A stretch of DNA of 64,000 nt from Escherichia coli. GTDB taxonomy: Bacteria > Pseudomonadota > Gammaproteobacteria > Enterobacterales > Enterobacteriaceae. Below the pieces are notes generated by a model. The model was not told the DNA's origin. It saw nothing but the letters and a program-made list of their open reading frames with translations, and did not search any database. This document shows, in pieces, positions 42,766 through 52,090 of the stretch; position 1 is the first letter of the stretch, and each line of letters begins with the position of its first letter. The DNA lies in NCBI RefSeq assembly GCF_003018235.1, contig NZ_CP027437.1; one strand, given 5' to 3'. Position numbers and translations under genes: made by a program.

Positions 42766-43781
42766 AGATCCACCCCGTAAATCCAGTCTGTGTTTGTCAG
42801 GTCGAGTTTTGGTTTGCTAGCTGTCACGCCTGCCTGTTGCTTGTTACGGTTGATTTCGAGTTGGGTCCACTTGTCGCGGAGTTTGGCCGGACTTAGCACG
42901 TTACCGGACCAGAAGTTGTCCTGGCATGCCCAGCGGAACAGCACGCACATGTCGCGGTGGTTACGTCCGTCACGTTCACGCATCAGGCGGATATCGTTAG
43001 CCCACCCTGCAAAATTCGGTTTTCTGGCTGATGGCGCGATGGTCTTCACCATGTCAAACATCCACTCTGCGGCGGTCAGGTCTTCTGCTGTCCCCCACTT
43101 GCTGCCGCTCTGAATTGCAGCATCCGGTTTCACCACAGGAAGATCGTTTTCTGGTTGGTCAGAGGATTCGCCAGAATTCTCGGACGAAAAAGGTTTTATA
43201 TTGTCTTTTGTTAGTTTGTCTTTTGTGTTTACCTGATTCGGGTAAACGCCTTTACCTGATTTGGGTAAACTTTTTTTACCTGATTCAGGTAAATTTACCT
43301 CTTTCAGGTAAACTTTATTTTTCTTACCTGATTCGGGTAATGTTGACCATTCACTGACCACATTATTAATGCCGGTATTCCGCCCGCTCTGAATAAAAAT
43401 CCCACGCTTTACCAGAACACTTTTTGCAGCAGAACACTTGTGCGGCAATATCCCGGTTAATTCGGAAAGTTGCTCGTTGCTAACCCAATCCAGTTTTTTA
43501 TTAAAGCCATATGTTTTGCGCATGACAGCCAGAAAGACCAGAAGCTGGTGCTGTGTTAATCCGGCCAGCATCACAGCTTCCAGCAACTCATTTGCAATGC
43601 GCGTATAACCATCATCGAGATCTGCCACGCGCGGCTCCTTTTGTGCCGCATCCGGCACTGGAAAATTGAATATCTCAGCAGTGTTTGCCATAATTCCTCC
43701 CGCAATGAGTGTGTTACGATTTGCACCTGAAAGTCGGTTCTGTTCCAGCAGACCGGCTTTCGCCATTTCTGAACCTGTCAT
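42762..43781 (-). CDS. Replication initiator O, with ori iterons embedded in the coding sequence
   Basis: 339-aa ORF; the internal repeated peptide LPESGKK corresponds to the DNA iterons. Confidence 0.8.
   Translation of the reverse strand: MTGSEMAKAGLLEQNRLSGANRNTLIAGGIMANTAEIFNFPVPDAAQKEPRVADLDDGYTRIANELLEAVMLAGLTQHQLLVFLAVMRKTYGFNKKLDWVSNEQLSELTGILPHKCSAAKSVLVKRGIFIQSGRNTGINNVVSEWSTLPESGKKNKVYLKEVNLPESGKKSLPKSGKGVYPNQVNTKDKLTKDNIKPFSSENSGESSDQPENDLPVVKPDAAIQSGSKWGTAEDLTAAEWMFDMVKTIAPSARKPNFAGWANDIRLMRERDGRNHRDMCVLFRWACQDNFWSGNVLSPAKLRDKWTQLEINRNKQQAGVTASKPKLDLTNTDWIYGVDL
43229..43341. repeat. Replication origin iterons: five ~19 bp direct repeats (TTACCTGATTCGGGTAAAC-like, each internally palindromic)
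   Basis: Copies at about 43229, 43251, 43277, 43295 and 43323, inside the O gene as in lambda ori. Confidence 0.8.
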
Positions 43782-44317
43782 ATTGCCCCCAGCATGGTGG
43801 TGACCATTGCCATCAGTGGACCAGCCAGATCCGGGTCCACTCGAAACATCGACACAATGCCTTCACTCATCTCCTTCAGTTTCTGGTGGCGTGGTGCGTT
43901 GAGAATGACCGCCTGCTTTGCCTCACTGAGTTCCTTTTCCATTTCAGCCAGCCGAGCCATGAAGCTATCCTGCTCAACTAGGTAACCGCGATATTCCAGC
44001 GGTAGTACCGCCAGAATTGCCGGGGTCAGTTCACGCACGTTATTTCTGTATTTTTCAGAATCGAATTTGTTATCGAGGAAGCGGAACAGCTTCTGGCGTG
44101 CACGGCTGACATCATCAGGGAAATCGATGGTGCCGCCGCCCTGCTCCCGATACTCATTCACAATGAGTGCGGCAACGACATCCTGATTATCTACAGCCGA
44201 CCAGGCGCGGACGGCATCACGGATTTTTTCGTGGCCTGGAGCTTGTTTTGTTTGAGAACGATTTATCACCGCAGTCGGGCTAAATCCGCTAGTCTGTTGG
44301 TATGTAAGTGGTTGCAT
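43778..44317 (-). CDS. CII-position regulatory protein (YdaT-like family suspected)
   Basis: 179-aa ORF directly downstream of the cro-like gene and upstream of O. Confidence 0.45.
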   Translation of the reverse strand: MQPLTYQQTSGFSPTAVINRSQTKQAPGHEKIRDAVRAWSAVDNQDVVAALIVNEYREQGGGTIDFPDDVSRARQKLFRFLDNKFDSEKYRNNVRELTPAILAVLPLEYRGYLVEQDSFMARLAEMEKELSEAKQAVILNAPRHQKLKEMSEGIVSMFRVDPDLAGPLMAMVTTMLGAI

Positions 44318-44386
44318 AATTGACTCCTTTAGTTTGAATTGACTGTTAAGTTGATTGCTTATTGTTAAAGAGCGTGAAATGGAAAT

Positions 44387-44617
44387 TTAAGCTGCGTTCT
44401 TTTCAGTGTGTGGAAACAACTTCGGAAGATCCGGGCGAATCTGGTATGCCTTCACTACTCCACCAGTAGCCGTAACAATGCTGCCGACATGTTCAGGGGA
44501 TACCTTTGCTTTGTTGTGAAGCCACTTATAGACGGCCTGCTGTGAAACTTCGCAGGCAGCGCCTAGTTTCTTTTGTGAACCAACGATATTGATCGCTGTT
44601 TTGATGGCTGGGTTCAT
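44387..44617 (-). CDS. Cro-like HTH DNA-binding protein (YdaS-like)
   Basis: 76-aa ORF divergent from cI with HTH (QKKLGAACEVSQQAVYKW). Confidence 0.7.
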   Translation of the reverse strand: MNPAIKTAINIVGSQKKLGAACEVSQQAVYKWLHNKAKVSPEHVGSIVTATGGVVKAYQIRPDLPKLFPHTEKNAA

Positions 44618-44721
44618 AACAACCTCCGTGGTTAATTTGAATCAAGATTAAAACCATGGTTGTTTTTAGTCAACAACCATTTTCGTTTGATGAAATAAAA
44701 CCTTGGTTGTACATTTGGACT
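44618..44721. promoter_or_regulatory. Divergent immunity promoter/operator region (OR-like) with three related operator sites
   Basis: AAAACCATGGTTGTTTT (about 44650-44666), CAACAACCATTTT (about 44671-44683), AAAACCTTGGTTGTACA (about 44697-44713) share the CAACCA/TGGTTG half-site. Confidence 0.6.
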
Positions 44722-45411
44722 ATGAAAACAACACTCTCAGAAAGACTTAAAGAAGCCAGATTAGCGCGAGGCCTTACACAAAAGGCGCTTGGGGATTTGG
44801 TCGGGGTTAGCCAAGCAGCTATTCAGAAAATCGAAACAGGGAAAGCTAACCAAACAACTAAAATCGTGGAGATCGCGAACGCTTTGGGTGTGCGCGCAGA
44901 ATGGTTATCTTCTGGCGTTGGAAATATGTCAGACAGTACAGTGCAACCAATACAAACAACTGTCAGCCATTCCAAATACTTTAAGATTGACGTTCTTGAT
45001 ATCGAAGTGAGTGCCGGGCCGGGAGTCATCAACCGTGAGTTTGTAGAAGTTCTACGCTCGGTTGAGTACTCGTTTGACGATGCTCGTCACATGTTCGATG
45101 GTAGGAAGGCAGAAAATATCCGCATCATTAACGTACGCGGTGACAGCATGTCAGGAACGATTGAACCTGGTGATCTTCTATTCGTTGATATCACGGTTAA
45201 ATCTTTCGACGGTGATGGTATCTATGCGTTTCTGTACGACGACACAGCCCATGTAAAGCGCCTGCAAATGATGAAGGATAAGCTGCTGGTTATCTCTGAT
45301 AACAAAAGCTACTCACCGTGGGACCCGATCGAGAAAGATGAGATGAACCGGGTATTTATCTTCGGGAAAGTTATTGGGAGCATGCCGCAGACGTATAGGA
45401 AGCATGGATAG
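44722..45411 (+). CDS. CI-like repressor (N-terminal HTH, C-terminal LexA/S24 autopeptidase domain)
   Basis: HTH (LTQKALGDLVGVSQAAIQKIETG) and S24 catalytic region (GDSMSG…, …HVKRL); start at MKTTLSERL chosen over the upstream in-frame TTG/ATG. Confidence 0.85.
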   Translation: MKTTLSERLKEARLARGLTQKALGDLVGVSQAAIQKIETGKANQTTKIVEIANALGVRAEWLSSGVGNMSDSTVQPIQTTVSHSKYFKIDVLDIEVSAGPGVINREFVEVLRSVEYSFDDARHMFDGRKAENIRIINVRGDSMSGTIEPGDLLFVDITVKSFDGDGIYAFLYDDTAHVKRLQMMKDKLLVISDNKSYSPWDPIEKDEMNRVFIFGKVIGSMPQTYRKHG

Positions 45412-45479
45412 TACCAATTAAAAATTATCAACCGGGCATTGTGCTCATTCAGTAAAACAACTTAATTATTCATTTTAGA

Positions 45480-46553
45480 ATGGAGAACTTAATGGATACT
45501 TTAAAATATGAGAAATTCTCTGATTTTGATCACAATGACCCATTTTTTGACTCTTTAAAAAAAGATTATAAAGAGTTTCCTCTTTGGTTAGAAAAAAAAG
45601 CCAGAGAAGGAGAATCAGCTTATGTGCTCTATGATGACAAGCATAAAATCGAAGGTTTTATGTATCTAAAAGAAAATGATGATGCAAATGACATTAATCC
45701 AGCGCTCCCACCAGGACGTCATCTAAAGATAGGAACATTCAAATTTGAATCTAAAGGCACCCTTCGCGGACAACGATTTCTAAAAAAAGCGTTTGACCAT
45801 GCATTTTCATCAAAATCTGATGATATTTATGTTACTGTTTTCGACAAACACGTCCATCTAATAAAACTTTTCCAAACGTACGGATTTTACATTCATGGTG
45901 AAAAAGAAACACATAACGGGAAAGAGTTTGTATATGCGAGGTCTTTGCATGAGCCTTATGGTGATATTTTATTAGATTACCCTCGAATAATGACATCAAG
46001 GGCCAACAAATATTTACTGGCGATTTATCCCGAATATCACACTAGACTATTCCCTGATTCAAAACTTGTAAATGAATCACCAGATATTGTCAAAGATATA
46101 TCCCATGCTAACAGCATTCATAAAATTTACATATGTGGAATGCGTTCTGTGATGGGAATGAAAAGAGGAGATATCATTGTCATCTATAGAACCGGAGACA
46201 AAAAAGGGCCAGCTCGCTATCGTTCTGTAGCCAGTACATTATGTGTAGTTGAGAGCGTAAAAAATATTTCTGAATTTTTAAGCGAAGATAGTTTTGTAGA
46301 CTATTGTATTCGTTTTAGCGTATTTTCTGAAGATGAACTCAGAAAAATCTATAAAGAACGTCGATACCCTTTCATTATAAGATTCACATACAATCTGTCT
46401 TTGCCAAAGAGACCCAATCGTGCTATTTTAATAGATCATGTGGGGCTAAATGGTTCGCGTGCATTCCGATGGAGTCACTTTAAACTCACAAATGAGCAGT
46501 TCTTAAAGATCATCGAGTTAGGCAAGATAAATGAAAGTTTTATTATCCATTAA
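45480..46553 (+). CDS. Hypothetical two-domain protein: N-terminal GNAT-like acyltransferase fold, C-terminal PUA/ASCH/EVE-like domain (357 aa)
   Basis: Pattern resembling GNAT motifs (…IGTFKFESKGTLRGQRFLKKAFDHAF…LIKLFQTYGFYIHG…); C-terminal half has a KRGDIIVIYRTGD segment reminiscent of PUA-like beta barrels; strongly AT-rich. Confidence 0.5.
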   Translation: MENLMDTLKYEKFSDFDHNDPFFDSLKKDYKEFPLWLEKKAREGESAYVLYDDKHKIEGFMYLKENDDANDINPALPPGRHLKIGTFKFESKGTLRGQRFLKKAFDHAFSSKSDDIYVTVFDKHVHLIKLFQTYGFYIHGEKETHNGKEFVYARSLHEPYGDILLDYPRIMTSRANKYLLAIYPEYHTRLFPDSKLVNESPDIVKDISHANSIHKIYICGMRSVMGMKRGDIIVIYRTGDKKGPARYRSVASTLCVVESVKNISEFLSEDSFVDYCIRFSVFSEDELRKIYKERRYPFIIRFTYNLSLPKRPNRAILIDHVGLNGSRAFRWSHFKLTNEQFLKIIELGKINESFIIH

Positions 46554-46908
46554 GCCTGAGTTTGCAGAAAAAATATTGAACGGAACAAAGCGGTTCGAGT
46601 TTCGTAAAGGTATATTCAAAAATCCGCAAATTAGCACCGTTGTTATTTATGCCACGATGCCATTAGGTAAAGTTGTTGGTCAATTCCGTATTGAATCAAT
46701 ACTAAGTGACGAACCGGAATCTCTTTGGAAAAAGACGGAAAAACACGCAGGTATTTCTAAGCAATTTTATGACTCATATTATTCAGGTAGAGAAAAGGCC
46801 TACGCAATAAAAATTGGTGAAGTGGAAAGATATAAAGAACCAATTCCTATCTCTGCTCTAGGTAGTAATATTAAGCCACCACAATCATATCTTTACCTAC
46901 CTGCGTAA
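46531..46908 (+). CDS. ASCH-domain protein (125 aa)
   Basis: MKVLLSIKPEFAEKILNGTKRFEFRK… is the characteristic ASCH N-terminal beta strand/helix signature; overlaps the preceding gene by 23 nt. Confidence 0.6.
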   Translation: MKVLLSIKPEFAEKILNGTKRFEFRKGIFKNPQISTVVIYATMPLGKVVGQFRIESILSDEPESLWKKTEKHAGISKQFYDSYYSGREKAYAIKIGEVERYKEPIPISALGSNIKPPQSYLYLPA

Positions 46909-47039
46909 GAATCCCGGCCACCGTGCCGGGTTTTCTTTTATCCCCTCCCCTCATCACATATACCGTTCAAAAAACCACCACAATCTCCCTTCAGTTATCG
47001 CTATGCGATGCAAGTCACAAAATAAACCCATCCTAAATA

Positions 47040-47130
47040 CAACCAGTTACATCTAAAACAACCAATAAAACAACTTTTGTTGTTGACGATAAAACAACTA
47101 TAGTTTTAAATAAATTCATCGCAACAACAC
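47040..47130. promoter_or_regulatory. OL/PL-like operator-promoter region
   Basis: Repeated AAAACAAC(C) operator-like motifs including the inverted repeat AACAACTTTTGTTGTT and a TTGACG -35-like hexamer; same half-site as the OR region. Confidence 0.5.
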
Positions 47131-47184
47131 AACGATACGGCAACCACCTGATTCACCGTTGCGATGACCGCTTAGATCCGCAGC

Positions 47185-47595
47185 TTGAATTTCAGCAGGC
47201 TCCGGGGAGTGCGAGGGGTGAAGCGGACGCGTGAACGTCGGTGTGACCAGCTGAAATCAACTCAACACTTCATACCTCAGTCGCTTCAACGAGGCGGCTT
47301 AGTTATGACAACCGGCGGCCATCCACCGCCTGAATACGCGCAGAAGTCTCCATATGTTCAGCAGCCCAGCTTACGGGCAGGAGTTTTTATGGTTCATCAA
47401 CATTATGGAACGCAGACCGTTAATCGAGGTGCGGTCATGCCAGGAATGCTGGTCAAACACAAAGATGGTACCTGGACTGCATCAGCTAATTTACGCGGAC
47501 GGCTTTATCTGCATCGCGGCATCGAGCGCACTTATACCCGTGATTTGCTCGTGGAAGTTTTTCTCGACGGACGCGGTAACGGCCTGAATCACTAA
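47185..47595 (+). CDS. Hypothetical early-left protein with N-terminal arginine-rich motif (possible N/Nun-like antiterminator); start uncertain
   Basis: N-terminus [15 protein letters not shown] resembles an ARM; first ORF downstream of the PL-like region. Confidence 0.3.
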   Translation: MNFSRLRGVRGVKRTRERRCDQLKSTQHFIPQSLQRGGLVMTTGGHPPPEYAQKSPYVQQPSLRAGVFMVHQHYGTQTVNRGAVMPGMLVKHKDGTWTASANLRGRLYLHRGIERTYTRDLLVEVFLDGRGNGLNH

Positions 47596-47670
47596 TCCCC
47601 TTTCCTGTTTTCCTAATCAGCCTGGCATTTCGCGGGCGATATTTTCACAGCCATTTTCAGGAGGTCAGCC

Positions 47671-47967
47671 ATGAACGCTTATTACATTCAGGATCGTCTT
47701 GAGGCTCAGAGCTGGGCGCGTCACTACCAGCAGATCGCCCGTGAAGAGAAAGAGGCAGAACTGGCAGACGACATGGAAAAAGGCCTGCCCCAGCACCTGT
47801 TTGAATCGCTATGCATCGATCATTTGCAACGCCACGGGGCCAGCAAAAAAGCCATTACCCGTGCGTTTGATGACGATGTTGAGTTTCAGGAGCGCATGGC
47901 AGAACACATCCAGTACATGGTTGAAACCATTGCTCACCACCAGGTTGATATTGATTCAGAGGTATAA
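47671..47967 (+). CDS. gam: Gam (RecBCD inhibitor), short form
   Basis: 98-aa ORF starting [21 protein letters not shown]…, near-identical to lambda GamS; AGGAGG ribosome-binding site upstream. Confidence 0.9.
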   Translation: MNAYYIQDRLEAQSWARHYQQIAREEKEAELADDMEKGLPQHLFESLCIDHLQRHGASKKAITRAFDDDVEFQERMAEHIQYMVETIAHHQVDIDSEV

Positions 47968-47972
47968 AACGG

Positions 47973-48758
47973 ATGAGTACAGCACTCGCAACGCTGGCAG
48001 GGAAGCTGGCTGAACGTGTCGGCATGGATTCTGTCGACCCACAGGAACTGATCACCACTCTTCGCCAGACGGCATTTAAAGGTGATGCCAGCGATGCGCA
48101 GTTCATCGCATTACTGATCGTTGCCAACCAGTACGGCCTTAATCCATGGACGAAAGAAATTTACGCCTTTCCTGATAAGCAGAATGGCATCGTTCCGGTG
48201 GTGGGCGTTGATGGCTGGTCCCGCATCATCAATGAAAACCAGCAGTTTGATGGCATGGACTTTGAGCAGGACAACGAATCCTGTACATGCCGGATTTACC
48301 GCAAGGACCGCAATCATCCGATCTGCGTTACCGAGTGGATGGATGAATGCCGCCGCGAACCATTCAAAACCCGCGAAGGCAGAGAAATTACGGGGCCGTG
48401 GCAGTCGCATCCCAAACGGATGTTACGGCATAAAGCCATGATTCAGTGTGCCCGTCTGGCCTTCGGATTTGCTGGTATCTATGACAAGGATGAAGCCGAG
48501 CGCATTGTCGAAAATACTGCATACACTGCAGAACGTCAGCCGGAACGCGACATCACTCCGGTTAACGATGAAACCATGCAGGAGATTAACACTCTGCTGA
48601 TCGCCCTGGATAAAACATGGGATGACGACTTATTGCCGCTCTGTTCCCAGATATTTCGCCGCGACATTCGTGCATCGTCAGAACTGACACAGGCCGAAGC
48701 AGTGAAAGCTCTTGGATTCCTGAAACAGAAAGCCACTGAGCAGAAGGTGGCAGCATGA
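47973..48758 (+). CDS. bet: Bet single-strand annealing recombinase (RecT family)
   Basis: 261-aa ORF near-identical to lambda Bet as recalled. Confidence 0.93.
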   Translation: MSTALATLAGKLAERVGMDSVDPQELITTLRQTAFKGDASDAQFIALLIVANQYGLNPWTKEIYAFPDKQNGIVPVVGVDGWSRIINENQQFDGMDFEQDNESCTCRIYRKDRNHPICVTEWMDECRREPFKTREGREITGPWQSHPKRMLRHKAMIQCARLAFGFAGIYDKDEAERIVENTAYTAERQPERDITPVNDETMQEINTLLIALDKTWDDDLLPLCSQIFRRDIRASSELTQAEAVKALGFLKQKATEQKVAA

Positions 48759-49435
48759 CACCGTACATTATCCTGCAGCGTACCGGGATCGACGTGAGAG
48801 CTGTCGAACAGGGGGATGATGCATGGCACAAATTACGGCTCGGCGTCATCACCGCTTCAGAAGTTCACAACGTGATAGCAAAGCCCCGCTCAGGAAAGAA
48901 GTGGCCTGACATGAAAATGTCCTACTTCCACACCCTGCTGGCTGAGGTTTGCACCGGTGTGGCTCCGGAAGTTAATGCTAAGGCGCTGGCCTGGGGAAAA
49001 CAGTACGAGAACGACGCCAGAACCCTGTTTGAATTCACTTCCGGCGTGAATGTTACTGAATCCCCGATCATCTATCGCGACGAAAGTATGCGCACCGCCT
49101 GCTCTCCAGATGGTTTATGCAGTGACGGCAACGGCCTTGAACTGAAATGCCCGTTTACCTCCCGGGATTTCATGAAATTCCGGCTCGGTGGTTTTGAGGC
49201 AATAAAATCGGCTTACATGGCCCAGGTGCAGTACAGCATGTGGGTGACGCGAAAAGATGCCTGGTACTTTGCCAACTATGACCCGCGCATGAAGCGTGAA
49301 GGCCTGCATTATGTCGTGATTGAGCGGGATGAAAAGTACATAGCGAGTTTTGACGAGATGGTGCCGGAGTTCATCGAAAAAATGGACGAGGCACTGGCTG
49401 AAATTGGTTTTGTATTTGGGGAGCAATGGCGATGA
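48755..49435 (+). CDS. exo: Exo 5'-3' exonuclease (lambda Exo)
   Basis: 226-aa ORF near-identical to lambda Exo as recalled; overlaps bet stop. Confidence 0.93.
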   Translation: MTPYIILQRTGIDVRAVEQGDDAWHKLRLGVITASEVHNVIAKPRSGKKWPDMKMSYFHTLLAEVCTGVAPEVNAKALAWGKQYENDARTLFEFTSGVNVTESPIIYRDESMRTACSPDGLCSDGNGLELKCPFTSRDFMKFRLGGFEAIKSAYMAQVQYSMWVTRKDAWYFANYDPRMKREGLHYVVIERDEKYIASFDEMVPEFIEKMDEALAEIGFVFGEQWR

Positions 49436-49586
49436 CGCATCCTCACGATAATATCCGGGTAGGCGCGATCGCTTTCGTCTACTCCGTTACAAAGCGAGGC
49501 TGGGTATTTCCCGGCCTTTCTGTTATCAGAAATCCACTGAAAGCACAGCGGCTGGCTGAGAAGATAAATAATAAACGGGAGGCGGT

Positions 49587-49778
49587 ATGCACAAAGCATC
49601 TCCTGTTGAGTTAAGAACGAGTATTGAGATGGCACATAGCCTTGCTCAAATTGGAGTCAGGTTTGTGCCAATACCAGTAGAAACAGACGAAGAATTTCAT
49701 ACGTTAGCCACATCCCTTTCACAAAAGCTGGAAATGATGGTGGCGAAAGCAGAAGCAGATGAGAGAGACCAGGTATGA
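49587..49778 (+). CDS. Small hypothetical protein (63 aa)
   Basis: ORF in the exo-xis intergenic gene block. Confidence 0.3.
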   Translation: MHKASPVELRTSIEMAHSLAQIGVRFVPIPVETDEEFHTLATSLSQKLEMMVAKAEADERDQV

Positions 49779-49788
49779 CAACCACTGA

Positions 49789-50070
49789 ATGCATTTTTCT
49801 GGCAGCGGGCTTCATATTCTGTGTGCTTATGCTTGCCGACATGGGGCTTGTTCAATGACACCTCAGCAAGAAAACGCCCTTCGCAGCATTGCCCGTCAGG
49901 CTAATTCTGAAATCAAAAAAGCCAGACAGCATTTTCCGGATAAAAACGTCGATGACATTTGCCGTAGCGTACTAAAGAAGCACCGCGAAACGGTAACGCT
50001 GATGGGATTCACACCGACTCATTTAAGCCTGGCGATCGGCATGTTGAACGGCGTCTTTAAGGAACGGTGA
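49789..50070 (+). CDS. Hypothetical protein (93 aa)
   Basis: ORF in the exo-xis block. Confidence 0.3.
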   Translation: MHFSGSGLHILCAYACRHGACSMTPQQENALRSIARQANSEIKKARQHFPDKNVDDICRSVLKKHRETVTLMGFTPTHLSLAIGMLNGVFKER

Positions 50071-50168
50071 ACATGAAAAGCAAAATCATCAGGGAGCTAC
50101 AGGCTCCTTTTTTATTATTCGCATTTACCCTCAAGCGTATTAACCAACAATTCAGGGATTAATGAAAG

Positions 50169-50387
50169 ATGGCAGACATCATTGATTCAGCATCAGAAAT
50201 CGAAGAATTACAGCGCAATACAGCAATAAAAATGCGTCGTCTGAACTACCAGACTGTATCCGCAACTCATTGTTGTGAGTGTGGCGATCCGATAGATGAG
50301 CGAAGACGCCTGGCTGTTCAGGGTTGTCGGACTTGTGCTAGTTGCCAGGAGGAGATCGAACTTAAGAACAAACAATGGGGACTGTGA
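50169..50387 (+). CDS. TraR/DksA-family C4 zinc-finger protein
   Basis: 72-aa ORF with CCECGDPI…CRTCASCQ four-Cys motif. Confidence 0.7.
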   Translation: MADIIDSASEIEELQRNTAIKMRRLNYQTVSATHCCECGDPIDERRRLAVQGCRTCASCQEEIELKNKQWGL

Positions 50388-50434
50388 TGGCCTCAAAGCA
50401 GCAAATTTCAACATCGTCCAACTGAGGTGTAAAA

Positions 50435-50713
50435 ATGTTCAGAATCATTTTTCCTAACACCTGGTACGTCGACCACCACGGCACTCCCTGCAAAATCCTG
50501 CGTTCTACCCACAACAAAGTTCACTACATCCGAAAAGGCAGAACATGTATCGCCAGCATGTTCCGCTTTAATCATGACTTTGAACCTGTGAATAAAGCTG
50601 ATGCAGATCGGATAGCAGAAGAGATCGAAACGGCAGAACACATTAAGAAGTTACGTGACATGCGTTCAAAAAGCAGAGGTAACCATGGAATCATACAGCC
50701 TCACACTCGATGA
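50435..50713 (+). CDS. Hypothetical protein (92 aa)
   Basis: ORF upstream of xis. Confidence 0.3.
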   Translation: MFRIIFPNTWYVDHHGTPCKILRSTHNKVHYIRKGRTCIASMFRFNHDFEPVNKADADRIAEEIETAEHIKKLRDMRSKSRGNHGIIQPHTR

Positions 50714-51056
50714 GGCCTGTCAGTTTCTTAAGATATCCAGACCAACCGCCACCAACTGGATACGAACAGGCCGCCTACAGGCAACACGTAAAGATCCAAC
50801 CAAGTCAAAATCTCCTTACCTCACAACACGGCAAGCCTGCATTGCGGCGCTTCAGTCTCCGCTGCATACTGTCCAGGTGAGCGCGGGTGATGGCATAACA
50901 GAGGAAAGAAAATGTCACTCTTCCGCAGAAATGAAATATGGTATGCCTCGTATTCGCTCCCGGGCGGGAAACGAATTAAGGAATCTCTTGGCACAAAGGA
51001 CAAGCGGCAAGCTCAGGAGTTGCACGACAAGCGAAAAGCAGAACTCTGGCGAGTAG
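50685..51056 (+). CDS. xis: Putative excisionase (Xis), overlapping int start; C-terminal extent uncertain
   Basis: HTH-like N-terminus ([26 protein letters not shown]) immediately upstream of and overlapping int. Confidence 0.5.
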   Translation: MESYSLTLDEACQFLKISRPTATNWIRTGRLQATRKDPTKSKSPYLTTRQACIAALQSPLHTVQVSAGDGITEERKCHSSAEMKYGMPRIRSRAGNELRNLLAQRTSGKLRSCTTSEKQNSGE

Positions 51057-52075
51057 AAAAGCTAGGGGATTTACCTGATGTCACTTTTGAAGAGGCCTGC
51101 CTAAGATGGCTTGAGGAAAAAGCTGATAAAAAATCTCTCGATTCAGATAAAAGCCGGATTGAGTTCTGGCTTGAACATTTTGAGGGTATAAGGCTTAAAG
51201 ATATCTCGGAGGCAAAGATTTACTCTGCTGTAAGCAGAATGCATAACAGAAAGACGAAAGAAATATGGAAACAGAAAGTTCAGGCCGCCATCAGGAAAGG
51301 TAAAGAACCGCCTGTTTATGAACCAAAGCCAGTATCAACTCAGACAAAGGCAAAGCATCTTGCCATGATAAAGGCCATTCTCCGTGCTGCAGAACGCGAC
51401 TGGAAGTGGCTGGAAAAAGCGCCTGTCATCAAGATACCAGCGGTCAGAAACAAGCGAGTCAGATGGCTGGAAAAGGAGGAAGCAAAACGCCTTATTGATG
51501 AGTGCCCCGAACCACTGAAATCTGTCGTCAAGTTTGCGCTGGCAACTGGTCTGAGAAAGTCGAACATCATAAATCTGGAATGGCAACAAATCGACATGCA
51601 GCGACGAGTTGCCTGGGTGAATCCAGAAGAGAGCAAATCAAACCGCGCCATTGGTGTGGCGCTGAACGATACCGCCTGTAAAGTGTTGCGTGATCAAATA
51701 GGCAAGCATCACAAATGGGTGTTTGTACATACCAAGGCGGCTAAGCGAGCAGATGGAACATCAACGCCTGCGGTCAGGAAGATGCGCATCGACAGCAAGA
51801 CATCATGGCTATCAGCTTGTCGTCGTGCAGGAATTGAAGATTTCCGTTTCCATGACCTCAGACACACCTGGGCAAGCTGGCTGATTCAGTCAGGCGTCCC
51901 ATTATCAGTGCTTCAGGAAATGGGCGGATGGGAGTCCATAGAAATGGTTCGTAGGTATGCTCACCTTGCGCCTAATCATTTGACAGAGCATGCGAGGAAA
52001 ATAGACGACATTTTTGGTGATAATGTCCCAAATATGTCCCACTCTGGAATTATGGAGGATATAAAGAAGGCGTAA
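50912..52075 (+). CDS. int: Tyrosine integrase (lambda Int family; DLP12 IntD-like)
   Basis: 387-aa ORF with C-terminal catalytic signature (…[15 protein letters not shown]…VRRYAHL) adjacent to argU. Confidence 0.92.
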   Translation: MSLFRRNEIWYASYSLPGGKRIKESLGTKDKRQAQELHDKRKAELWRVEKLGDLPDVTFEEACLRWLEEKADKKSLDSDKSRIEFWLEHFEGIRLKDISEAKIYSAVSRMHNRKTKEIWKQKVQAAIRKGKEPPVYEPKPVSTQTKAKHLAMIKAILRAAERDWKWLEKAPVIKIPAVRNKRVRWLEKEEAKRLIDECPEPLKSVVKFALATGLRKSNIINLEWQQIDMQRRVAWVNPEESKSNRAIGVALNDTACKVLRDQIGKHHKWVFVHTKAAKRADGTSTPAVRKMRIDSKTSWLSACRRAGIEDFRFHDLRHTWASWLIQSGVPLSVLQEMGGWESIEMVRRYAHLAPNHLTEHARKIDDIFGDNVPNMSHSGIMEDIKKA

Positions 52076-52090
52076 CTGATTGAATTGTAA

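Larger units (their letters stand above)
10199..52088. mobile_element. Mosaic lambdoid/Mu-tailed prophage integrated at argU (about 41.9 kb between att copies)
   Basis: Bounded by the 47 bp direct repeat; integrase next to intact tRNA; contiguous phage modules in between; flanking genes match the conserved K-12 chromosomal order. Confidence 0.85.

Noticed and set aside
43229-43341. Short periodic repeats that could be mistaken for a CRISPR array
   Set aside because: The repeats are contiguous without spacers, lie inside the O reading frame and match the ori iteron pattern; no cas genes anywhere in the window
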